From an uncultured bacterium (GTDB lineage Bacteria > Bacillota_I > Bacilli_A > RFN20 > CAG-826): DNA of 56,227 bases. The notes below the pieces were generated by a model, which was given only the letters and a program-made list of their open reading frames with translations, did no database searches and had not been told where the DNA came from. Of this stretch, positions 41,005 to 49,243 are shown in pieces. The DNA is taken from assembly GCA_949297055.1 (NCBI GenBank), contig CASFRI010000033.1:1-56227 (forward strand), in the 5' to 3' direction. The first letter of the stretch is position 1, and every line of letters begins with the position of its first letter. The position numbers and the translations under genes were made by a program.

Positions 41005-41211
41005 ATGCATTTCGTCGATTGTTATAACAAGAACATTTATTTAAAAGATAAACTTATCGGTTATATAAACGGTGATGGGTATATGTATGTATATCATAAA
41101 CCAATCGGCTTTTTACATGAACGTGGTGATATTGTTATTAACAGTCAAAAAGCAGGCTATATTTCCTCTAATGGAGACATTTCTTTAGAGGATCAATCAA
41201 AGGATATTTAG
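41005..41211 (+). CDS. Small repeat protein (G-[YF]-I/L...G-D periodicity); a second beta-repeat miniprotein
   Basis: Repeats LIGYINGDGYMYVY / PIGFLHERGDIVIN / KAGYISSNGDISL. The start lies 3 nt after the glmU stop, with no strong SD. Confidence 0.45.
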   Translation: MHFVDCYNKNIYLKDKLIGYINGDGYMYVYHKPIGFLHERGDIVINSQKAGYISSNGDISLEDQSKDI

Positions 41212-41275
41212 GACCCGAAAACGATTTAATATTTGAAGAATTTTAAACGAAATAATTTCTAGTTAAATTTAAGAA

Positions 41276-41300
41276 TAACACCTAAAAGGTGTTTTTTCTT
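41276..41300 (+). terminator. Terminator closing the glmU operon, at the core/island boundary
   Basis: Stem AACACC / GGTGTT with a 5-nt loop, then T6. Confidence 0.8.
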
Positions 41301-41330
41301 TTAATTAAGTTTCAATAATTAGGAATTATT

Positions 41331-41945
41331 ATGACTAGCTATAGAAAATATACATACATTAAAAAAGCTAAAAATCCACCAGTGATGAACCGATGTGAAT
41401 ACATCTTAAGCTGTTTAGATGATAAAATTAAAACTGCGAATATCATCACTAATAACGCGTCAAAACAATGTTCGAACTTAAAGATATTTTTCTTATCTTT
41501 TGGCTTGCCTGTAACCGCCGCGTGGTTTACGTTATATTATTCAAAAAATGTCTACGATAATCTTTATTTAAAAATGACTGTATCTGGTATTATTGCTACC
41601 TTTTATCTTTTAATTTTTCTTCTTGTTTTATTTCTTCACAAAAGTTTTTATAAAAGACAATTTCAATATCGTAAAGTGAAGGAATCTTTAGAAACGTTAA
41701 AAGAAAAATTTATCTTTGAATTAAATAATAATTCAGTGTTTATTTCTATCGAAACATTTAATAAGTATTTCGATGTCATTAGAGAAATATCTAACAAAAG
41801 TACGAAAGTCAATGTGTGGAAGTTAATCAAAGATATTGCTTTTTGTTTAATTCCCATCCTCATCATATTCGCCTTTTGGATCATCGTCTTTGGTTACAAT
41901 TGCCGAGATTGGTTAAGCATCATTAGTAAGAACCCACTTTTATGA
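41331..41945 (+). CDS. Predicted 3-TM membrane protein (N-helix, TM hairpin, amphipathic helix, C-terminal TM)
   Basis: Hydrophobic segments FFLSFGLPVTAAWFTLYY, VSGIIATFYLLIFLLVLFL and IAFCLIPILIIFAFWIIVFGY. Confidence 0.6.
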   Translation: MTSYRKYTYIKKAKNPPVMNRCEYILSCLDDKIKTANIITNNASKQCSNLKIFFLSFGLPVTAAWFTLYYSKNVYDNLYLKMTVSGIIATFYLLIFLLVLFLHKSFYKRQFQYRKVKESLETLKEKFIFELNNNSVFISIETFNKYFDVIREISNKSTKVNVWKLIKDIAFCLIPILIIFAFWIIVFGYNCRDWLSIISKNPLL

Positions 41946-42517
41946 TTTTCATCACTTATCAAACAAAAGAATTAAAAGCTCACCATTGCATCAACGATAA
42001 ACCATATTTTGTCTACGAAAAAATTAATCAGTTCTTTGAAAGATATGGAATCGCTATCGATAAGAATATCGTTAAAGATTCTTTAGAAGACATCTTAGAA
42101 GAAATTAATTGTAATTCCTTTAATGAAAAAATATATTATGAGAAAGTAGATGAACATTTTAATTATATAATTAAACCTATAGAAATTTTTTCAAAATGGG
42201 AAAGATTATTCAAAGAATTGAACAACTATTACGAAAATAAAATAAAAGCAAAAGAGGATGTAAATAATCTATCTTCCATCAAGCTAAAAATAATCGTCAT
42301 CAATAACGATAATAAACTTGGCCCATGGCAAAGTATTGAGATACTTAATACCTTACCTTATGAGGTTGATGTTTATTGGATCAACGTAAAAAAGTTCTTA
42401 AATGTCATCGATGAAGTAAAAACAACTATGAATTCACATATGCTAAGTGAATTCACTCCTAATGCATCAAATATATTTAAGCGCAACTTACTTGATAAAG
42501 CTAAAAAGATTAGGTAA
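41942..42517 (+). CDS. Hypothetical soluble protein
   Basis: ATGA overlap with the upstream membrane-protein gene. No motif I recognise. Confidence 0.55.
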   Translation: MIFITYQTKELKAHHCINDKPYFVYEKINQFFERYGIAIDKNIVKDSLEDILEEINCNSFNEKIYYEKVDEHFNYIIKPIEIFSKWERLFKELNNYYENKIKAKEDVNNLSSIKLKIIVINNDNKLGPWQSIEILNTLPYEVDVYWINVKKFLNVIDEVKTTMNSHMLSEFTPNASNIFKRNLLDKAKKIR

Positions 42518-42522
42518 AAGAA

Positions 42523-43047
42523 TTAAGCGTAATTTACTACAACAACTACTAAGAAGTAAGCAACTATAGCTATCGCACAGATAATAGGATAGTAACACTT
42601 TATTGACCAGCCGGCTTTTCTAGAACAATTATTTTTAGAACCTAATGCTGAAGAAATATCAAAAACATATCCTGGATATTTTTCCGCAAAAGCGTTATAA
42701 ATGGCTCTTAATTTTCTTTCATTCATCAAGTATTTGTAATCAAGGTAAGCAAAAATAAATGTGGAAAAACCCATCACTAAAGCCATGATCAAGCCAAAAT
42801 ATGTTTGATGGAGTATATTTGAAAACCAACCAGAACCGCCAGAGAACGCTAAAGTGAACATCATTGTTAAGATGATGCCAATGTAAGGTAAATATAAAGC
42901 TTTCAATCTTCCTGAATTTTCATTCATTCTAGCGATGTTATTTTGAACAATTAACGCCGAGTTTTCAATATCCGCTTTTTGAATTGGTGAATCTTTTACT
43001 GCTTTTTTGATGTTTTCAGTATCAAATTCTTTCATACTTTTAACCAC
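42523..43047 (-). CDS. Predicted 3-TM membrane protein with the same layout as 41331..41945
   Basis: Hydrophobic segments LYLPYIGIILTMMFTLAF, YFGLIMALVMGFSTFIFAY and YYPIICAIAIVAYFLVVVVV. Convergent with the 191-aa gene, only 5 nt apart. Confidence 0.6.
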   Translation of the reverse strand: MVKSMKEFDTENIKKAVKDSPIQKADIENSALIVQNNIARMNENSGRLKALYLPYIGIILTMMFTLAFSGGSGWFSNILHQTYFGLIMALVMGFSTFIFAYLDYKYLMNERKLRAIYNAFAEKYPGYVFDISSALGSKNNCSRKAGWSIKCYYPIICAIAIVAYFLVVVVVNYA

Positions 43048-43102
43048 TCATAATTCCTAATTATTGTAAGTTCATTTTAAAGTAAAAGTCATGTAATTGT
43101 AA

Positions 43103-43116
43103 ACGAAAAAATAGGA
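43103..43116. repeat. Left copy of the 14-bp direct repeat flanking the IS
   Basis: ACGAAAAAATAGGA, identical to 44725..44738, 1 nt outside IRL. Confidence 0.85.
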
Positions 43117-43231
43117 TGTTAATTGAAAAACAAAATGCAACGAACCATTTTCTTTTGTTGCTTTTGCCTTTTCAACTTGAATATGTCACCATTTTATTGA
43201 TGTCTCTTGAGCAAAGAAAGGAGTTTAATAT

Positions 43232-43669
43232 ATGTGCTCAAAGAAACACATCAACTATGATGAGCTATTAAAGATATACAAATTTATATCTCTTGGCTAT
43301 TCTTTAAAAAAGATAATCCACTTGGTAAATAAGAATCGTTCAACTATTTATCGATTGATTATTAATAATTCTAAATGGAACAAAGGATCAAGTGTCTTTG
43401 GTAGTTTGAAAAATACGAGGTTTAAAGATTGTTCGAACTTATTAAATTGTAAAAGACACGGCATTACTAGTTGTCCTAATTCTTGTCCAAATTATAAAAA
43501 ATGGATTTGTCCTAAACTTAGAAGTTTTCCTTATATATGTAATTTTTGTGAACAAAGATATACGTGCAAAAAAGAAAAAAGATTATTTAATCCTGAAGAA
43601 GCTTACATTCAAAGAGAAGACAAAAAAGCGAATCGAAAAGAAATCCTAACATTAGTAGAAACGATTTGA
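43232..43669 (+). CDS. IS30-type transposase, N-terminal part (HTH plus Cys-rich segment)
   Basis: HTH-like LGYSLKKIIHLVNKNRSTIYRLI and the Cys-rich CPNSCPNYKKWICPKLRSFPYICNFCEQRYTC. Confidence 0.7.
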   Translation: MCSKKHINYDELLKIYKFISLGYSLKKIIHLVNKNRSTIYRLIINNSKWNKGSSVFGSLKNTRFKDCSNLLNCKRHGITSCPNSCPNYKKWICPKLRSFPYICNFCEQRYTCKKEKRLFNPEEAYIQREDKKANRKEILTLVETI

Positions 43670-44502
43670 AAAGATTAGATGAGACTATATCTCCACTTAT
43701 CAAACAAGGATTATCAATTGAAACTATTTATTCTACTTTAGGTAGTATTTGCCCTGTCTCTTCAAGAACTATTAGAAACTACATCGATAGAGGCTATCTT
43801 GAAGCGAAAAGAATAGATTTAAGAAATGCTGTTAAAAGAGAATATAAAGATACTTATAAATATAAACGAGTATCAAATAATCCACTTCTTAAAGTTGGAA
43901 GGACTTGGACATCATTAATGGAATATCTCACTACTCATAATAAAGATGACATCATCCAATTTGATACAGTCCACGGCAAAAAAAGCGACAAGAAATGTAT
44001 TCTTACCATCCATCATCCCGCTTCTAAATTTCAAATAGGAAGATTATTAGATAATTTCACCGCGAATGAAGTGATGAAACAAATAGATGAGATTCGTTCT
44101 TTTATCGGTGATGATTACTATTTTAAATTCTTCAGAATCTTAGTATGTGATAATGGGCCAGAATTTGACAAAATGCCCGATCTTGAAATCGATGATGAAA
44201 CTGGTGAAGTATATGCAAGAGTATTCTATACGAGACCATATCGATCAGGAGACAAAGGATCTTGTGAAAGGAATCATGAATTGTTCAGATATGTGATAGC
44301 TAAAGGAAAAAGCCTAGATGACTTAACTCAAGATGATGTTAATTTCATCTTCAGTAATATCAATTCCTATCCTAGAAAATCACTTAATTATCAATGCCCT
44401 ATTGATGTCGTTAATTCTATGATGGGAAAAGATTTCGCCACTAGGCTTAAAATCATTAAGATCCCTTTTAAACAACTAACATTTAAAAAGAAACTTAAGT
44501 AA
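43666..44502 (+). CDS. IS30-type transposase, C-terminal DDE part (-1 frame relative to orfA; open from 43597)
   Basis: DDE triad candidates FDTVHG, CDNGPEF and CERNHELFR, then NSYPRKSLNY. No ATG start (TTG in the track). Confidence 0.7.
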   Translation: MKRLDETISPLIKQGLSIETIYSTLGSICPVSSRTIRNYIDRGYLEAKRIDLRNAVKREYKDTYKYKRVSNNPLLKVGRTWTSLMEYLTTHNKDDIIQFDTVHGKKSDKKCILTIHHPASKFQIGRLLDNFTANEVMKQIDEIRSFIGDDYYFKFFRILVCDNGPEFDKMPDLEIDDETGEVYARVFYTRPYRSGDKGSCERNHELFRYVIAKGKSLDDLTQDDVNFIFSNINSYPRKSLNYQCPIDVVNSMMGKDFATRLKIIKIPFKQLTFKKKLK

Positions 44503-44724
44503 CTAGATTATAAATCAAGAGACATCACTAGTTACAAGGAATGTTGCAATTACTGTTTCAATTTTTAAAAACAGTACATCTTTCCTATACTTTTTTTATA
44601 TAGCAATCAAATGAAAACCGCAAATAAAAGTGAACTTTTGATGCATTCAACCTTTCAATCTATTTGATTTTATTAATTGAAATGTCATTTCAAGTATTTG
44701 TTGCATTTTGTTTTTCAATTAACC

Positions 44725-44738
44725 ACGAAAAAATAGGA
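44725..44738. repeat. Right copy of the 14-bp direct repeat flanking the IS
   Basis: ACGAAAAAATAGGA, 1 nt outside IRR. It runs into the AGGAGG RBS of the recombinase gene. Confidence 0.85.
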
Positions 44739-44751
44739 GGTCTAATATCAC

Positions 44752-45672
44752 ATGAATACGAACAAATTGCATGATTTAACACTTAAGTTTTATGCTTCTT
44801 TAAGAAGTAATCCAAAAGTAAAAGAAACGACGATTAAATCTTATTATTACGATGTTAATCACTTTGTTAATGGATGCCTTAACGTGTTTAAGAAAGAAGA
44901 AGTGGAAGCTTATTTCATAAGTTTAATCGATCAAAAATATCATGCTTCTTCTTTACTTAGAAAGAAAGTTTCCGTCAAGTTATTTTATGATTACTTAATC
45001 GAAACAAAAGTTATTAAAGTAAACCCAATCACAATCATTAAGTTCGATGTTAAAAAAGAGAAGTCTTTACCTAAGACAGTTTCTATAAATAACATTAGAA
45101 AAATCCTTCGTTATTTAATGAATTCCGTAAGTGAAAGCAAATCTAAACAAGCTTATTTTAGAAACGTAAGAAACCTAGCGATATTTGATTTATTAATAAC
45201 AACAGGAATAAGAATATCTGAAGCTTCTAATATCACCTTAACGGATATTGAATTAAGTGAAAGAACGATATTAATAAACGGTAAGGGGAATAAACAAAGA
45301 ATCATTTATATTTCTAGTTACGAATGTTTCATTCACTTAAAAACTTATTTAACGTTAAGATTAAAAATTAATCTTTCACATAATTATTTATTCATTAATC
45401 GCAGTTACAACAAGTTAAGTGTTCACACCATCGATAGTGTCTTTAGAAAGATAATAAAATCTCTAAAACTAAATAAATCAATTACCCCACATCATTTAAG
45501 ACATACATTCGCTACTGAGTTACTTTCAGCAGGTGGTGATTTAAGAACATTACAAGAATTATTAGGTCACGCTTCCATATCCACAACTGAGATATATACA
45601 CACGTGGATACGAAGCAAAAAAAGAAAGTTTTAAATAAATGTAATTATAGAAATAAGTTGTTTCATAAATAA
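44752..45672 (+). CDS. Tyrosine site-specific recombinase, XerC/XerD-like
   Basis: GIRISEA (Arg), HHLRHTFAT (HxxR), LGHASISTTEIYTHV (His and Tyr), and an N-terminal SAM-like core-binding domain. Confidence 0.85.
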   Translation: MNTNKLHDLTLKFYASLRSNPKVKETTIKSYYYDVNHFVNGCLNVFKKEEVEAYFISLIDQKYHASSLLRKKVSVKLFYDYLIETKVIKVNPITIIKFDVKKEKSLPKTVSINNIRKILRYLMNSVSESKSKQAYFRNVRNLAIFDLLITTGIRISEASNITLTDIELSERTILINGKGNKQRIIYISSYECFIHLKTYLTLRLKINLSHNYLFINRSYNKLSVHTIDSVFRKIIKSLKLNKSITPHHLRHTFATELLSAGGDLRTLQELLGHASISTTEIYTHVDTKQKKKVLNKCNYRNKLFHK

Positions 45673-45823
45673 AAAATTTACAAGTCCCACTCTAATGTAA
45701 AATAATTCTTAGATTAAATTGTGTTGACATATATGCGCATAATGTAGTTATATATATTATAAATTCAGGTTAGTTCTATTCGCCTTGAAATTACTAACCA
45801 AAAATATTGGGAGGTCATACAAT

Positions 45824-48800
45824 ATGACAAAAAAATTTAAAAAGGCCATGACCTTTCTCCTTGGTTTTGCTATGCTTGGCGGCGTAATCGGTGGCGTTGC
45901 TTTGGCTAGCGGAGAAGGAGGCGTAGGGGTTCATGCCGCTACTGTTGAAGACACCATAACTTATTCGGTTCTTTCGCCAGAAGCCACAGGATATACCAAC
46001 CATACGTATACCAGTTCTACTACGAATGCTACTTATGAAGGGGTGCTTTATCAAACCAGTACCCAAAATTTAATTCAAATGAGAACTTCTGGTAGCAATT
46101 CCGGGTTAGTTGTTACTACCTCTGGCGGAGTACTCGAAAAAGTATCTGTTCAATTTGATGGTTCAACAACATCATCACGTTCCGTTGACATCTATGGAAA
46201 AAATGACAATTACACCGGAAGTGTAGATTTGTACAGCACTGATTCAACGGTGACGGGCACCAATCTGCGCAAAGTTTCTTTCGGTGTCAACACAGAATTA
46301 CAAGAAGTTACAGAGGTACAAGGGTACACAGCTTTTGGTATCAAACCAGTTGGCGGTGCACTATATCTCTCTCAAGTTGTAGTTGTGTGGCAAGGTGGAG
46401 CCACCACTACGTTAACTTCTATTAGTATTGACAATACAGGCTACCCTGGGGAAGTTTACGCTGGTGCGACATGGTCTACCGATGGTCTAGTTGCAACTGG
46501 TAATTACGACGATGGTAGCACTAAAGACATAACGAATAGTGTCACTTGGAATTTTAATCCAGCAACAATTCCTACTACTCTAGGTTCAACAACAGTTAAT
46601 GTTTCTGCAACGCTTGATGGTATTACTTCTAAAGAGTTGCCAATCACTGTGGAAGTTGTAGAAGCACCAGCTATTATTTCTTGGGATTTAACTAAAGCGA
46701 GTTTTTCTTCGGCAAGTTCTGCTTCCGTAGTTTGGTCATCAAACTATGTTACTATGACATGGAATAAAGGAACCTCAAGTACTCCCGCTAATAACTATTT
46801 GGGTGGAGAACGCGCAAATTCTAGAATCTATAAGAATCAAACATTTAATGTCGCGGCTGAACCAGGATATGCTATTGTTCAGGTTATTGTGACATTTGTG
46901 TCTTCTGGTAATAGCAGCGGTTTAAGTGGAAGCTGGACAACCGAATCTAGCGAGGTAATTGAACCTATTAAAACGACGGAGGGTGAAGTTCTATTAACTG
47001 TTGATACTTCTGCCAACCCTTGTACATCAATTTCCACAACCTGTACTGACACAACATATATTTCTAAAGTAGAGGTGAAATACACTACTAAAGAAGTTGT
47101 CGTTCCTACAGTTGCTGAAGTTGCATTTACTTCCGGAAAAGGCTCTTATTTCAATGGTAGTTTGAAAGATAGCAATACATTTAGCACTGCTGATTTAGTT
47201 GTTACAACTAAAGATGATGCTGGAAATGTTGCCGCTCAATACAATACAGGCACGGGTTTTGTCGTTATTATCAATGGCGAATCTTTAGATGCTACAACAG
47301 CCATACAAACTAAATCCTTTGAAGGAGCCACAGCCGGTGGTTATCCTCTCACTGTTACTGTCGAAGGATTGACAAGCAATGAGATTAATTTAATGGTCAT
47401 CCAAAAAGATGTTGAATCTTTCAATTGGGATAAACCACAAACAACTACTTTCTATTCACACGTCGACGAATTAGCGTTGGATGGTACTTTAAGAACTTTG
47501 TTCAATGATGGTTCTTATGCTACATCCGCTTCTCGCTATGCGTTCATCGTACGAGAATATAGTGAAACTTTACCAAATAATGCTGGTGCTGAAGTCGATT
47601 TAGCTACGCACCAAGATGGAACGTTGAATGTTGCGAAAGCATCTCGATACGTTCTAGATATTTGGAACACCGATTATCCAACTAGTTTACATACTTATGT
47701 AACTATCAATGTTGAACTTCCAACATTAACAATCGTTGATAATTTCACCGGTGCGTATTATACAAACGTGACAAGAGAATTAGATGTTACGGTGACTTTA
47801 ACTGCTGGTCAAACAGTGAAGACGCTCACCAAAGATGAGTACACTTTAACTCACACATCTGTTACTCCTGCTTCAACCGATCCAATTCATGTTTATCCAA
47901 TTCTTGTTAAAGATGGTCAAGAAGTCATGACTGGCACAACACCATTGGTCATAACCCCAGAGGTGTCTACAAAAGTTTTAAATGATTTAACTATTGATGC
48001 CGCTACTTATTCGGCTGGTTCATATTTTGTTTTACCACAAGAAAGTATCTTACTTGACTACACACTTGGTGGTGTCGACGGTGTAGAATTTCTTAGCCAA
48101 GACAACTTAGTTTTCCAAGCCGCTAACGGCGAAGTCATCGATATGAATACTAGACTCTTAAGAAGTCATTCTGGTTTAGTGACCGCCACTTACTCTGAAG
48201 GTGTAGGAGAAGTATCAACTACATTTAATCTCACAGTGACGAACGCTGTTGTTGAAGAATATGTTGAACCTTCTGTTTCAGATACTGCTACTTTAACTAC
48301 GAGTATCGAGATAGGTGATATCGTTTACCTAGTTAACGAAGGTGCTGCAAAAGAACTTTCTGAAATAAGTGTAAAAAATTATGGTACTGTAGCTGACTAC
48401 ACTGGTACAATCAATAGATTGGTACCATTAGAGGTCGTTGCTGGTGCAACTGAAGCAACGTACGCGTTGAAATTAGGTGATTCATATTTATCGTTGAATA
48501 GCGATGGTAACAATCTACATACACGCACTGATGTCAACAACAATTCTTCATGGACAATTACTTTCGACGGCAACAACGCTATCATCAAAAATGTTGCATA
48601 TCCTACTAGACAATTGCAATATAATGCTGGTTCTCCAAGATTTGCATGCTACGAAAGTACTCAACAACCAGTTCAACTATACGAGAGTGAAGTAACTCCA
48701 GGAGTAGGAGATCCAGTTAGTTATTTGAAGAGTGTCATCGATGCATATCGTTTGAATAATGACTTGCTATCGATCTGCGATGCTGATACGTCAATCTATG

Positions 48801-49087
48801 CTTCTAGTGATTGGACTAGAGCCAAAGAAGTTTATAATTCTTTAGACGCTAGTGAAAAACAAGCTCTTGCGGTGCAAGATTACTTTGGTGAAGAAGGCAA
48901 AACTTACGTTGATACATATGAAATGTTACTTGCCAAAGATCCAGCAGCACAAGGAGGTTTAGCGCCTACGTTCTTTGGTAACGAAGATACGACTATCGCA
49001 GTTGTAGTAGTGATCATTACTCTTGCTGCTATTACGACTCTTGTTGGTTTCTATTATTACGATAAGAGACGTCGTGTGAATAAATAA
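45824..49087 (+). CDS. Large (~1087 aa) Thr/Ser/Val-rich surface protein with a signal peptide, Ig-like repeats and a C-terminal TM anchor
   Basis: Signal MTKKFKKAMTFLLGFAMLGGVIGGVALASG. Ig-like module LTSISIDN...GLVATGNYDDGSTKDITNSV. C-terminus IAVVVVIITLAAITTLVGFYYYDKRRRVNK with no LPXTG. GGGAGG RBS; I trimmed the start from the TTG at 45785. Confidence 0.8.
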   Translation: MTKKFKKAMTFLLGFAMLGGVIGGVALASGEGGVGVHAATVEDTITYSVLSPEATGYTNHTYTSSTTNATYEGVLYQTSTQNLIQMRTSGSNSGLVVTTSGGVLEKVSVQFDGSTTSSRSVDIYGKNDNYTGSVDLYSTDSTVTGTNLRKVSFGVNTELQEVTEVQGYTAFGIKPVGGALYLSQVVVVWQGGATTTLTSISIDNTGYPGEVYAGATWSTDGLVATGNYDDGSTKDITNSVTWNFNPATIPTTLGSTTVNVSATLDGITSKELPITVEVVEAPAIISWDLTKASFSSASSASVVWSSNYVTMTWNKGTSSTPANNYLGGERANSRIYKNQTFNVAAEPGYAIVQVIVTFVSSGNSSGLSGSWTTESSEVIEPIKTTEGEVLLTVDTSANPCTSISTTCTDTTYISKVEVKYTTKEVVVPTVAEVAFTSGKGSYFNGSLKDSNTFSTADLVVTTKDDAGNVAAQYNTGTGFVVIINGESLDATTAIQTKSFEGATAGGYPLTVTVEGLTSNEINLMVIQKDVESFNWDKPQTTTFYSHVDELALDGTLRTLFNDGSYATSASRYAFIVREYSETLPNNAGAEVDLATHQDGTLNVAKASRYVLDIWNTDYPTSLHTYVTINVELPTLTIVDNFTGAYYTNVTRELDVTVTLTAGQTVKTLTKDEYTLTHTSVTPASTDPIHVYPILVKDGQEVMTGTTPLVITPEVSTKVLNDLTIDAATYSAGSYFVLPQESILLDYTLGGVDGVEFLSQDNLVFQAANGEVIDMNTRLLRSHSGLVTATYSEGVGEVSTTFNLTVTNAVVEEYVEPSVSDTATLTTSIEIGDIVYLVNEGAAKELSEISVKNYGTVADYTGTINRLVPLEVVAGATEATYALKLGDSYLSLNSDGNNLHTRTDVNNNSSWTITFDGNNAIIKNVAYPTRQLQYNAGSPRFACYESTQQPVQLYESEVTPGVGDPVSYLKSVIDAYRLNNDLLSICDADTSIYASSDWTRAKEVYNSLDASEKQALAVQDYFGEEGKTYVDTYEMLLAKDPAAQGGLAPTFFGNEDTTIAVVVVIITLAAITTLVGFYYYDKRRRVNK

Positions 49088-49148
49088 TTAATTAATAATC
49101 AATAGTTAATTTAAATCGTACTTTGCAAAAAGTTCGATACACGCATTC

Positions 49149-49180
49149 AAGGGAGTGAGTGTTCGCTCATTCCCTTTATT
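49149..49180 (+). terminator. Terminator after the surface-protein gene
   Basis: An 11-bp stem AAGGGAGTGAG / CTCATTCCCTT (one G-U pair), then a T-rich tract. Confidence 0.6.
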
Positions 49181-49243
49181 AATTCTTTGTGCAATGAGCG
49201 CACAAAATATGATAAAATGTAGTCAATTAAAGGAATATAGAAT

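Larger units (their letters stand above)
43118..44723 (+). mobile_element. IS30-family insertion sequence (~1.6 kb)
   Basis: Perfect 24-bp terminal inverted repeats: GTTAATTGAAAAACAAAATGCAAC at 43118..43141 and its reverse complement at 44700..44723. The DDE transposase is split into two frames. Flanked by a 14-bp duplication. Confidence 0.85.

Noticed and set aside
43622-43628. A AAA AAG as a canonical programmed -1 ribosomal frameshift site in the IS transposase.
   Set aside because: The heptamer is out of phase with the orfA reading frame (zero-frame codons are 43622-24 and 43625-27). A homopolymer indel or transcriptional slippage is more likely.
45673-45823. An invertible promoter between the Xer-like gene and the surface-protein gene.
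   Set aside because: I found only short hairpins (6-7 bp stems). No pair of longer inverted repeats brackets a promoter-sized segment, so I report the idea only as a hypothesis under findings.
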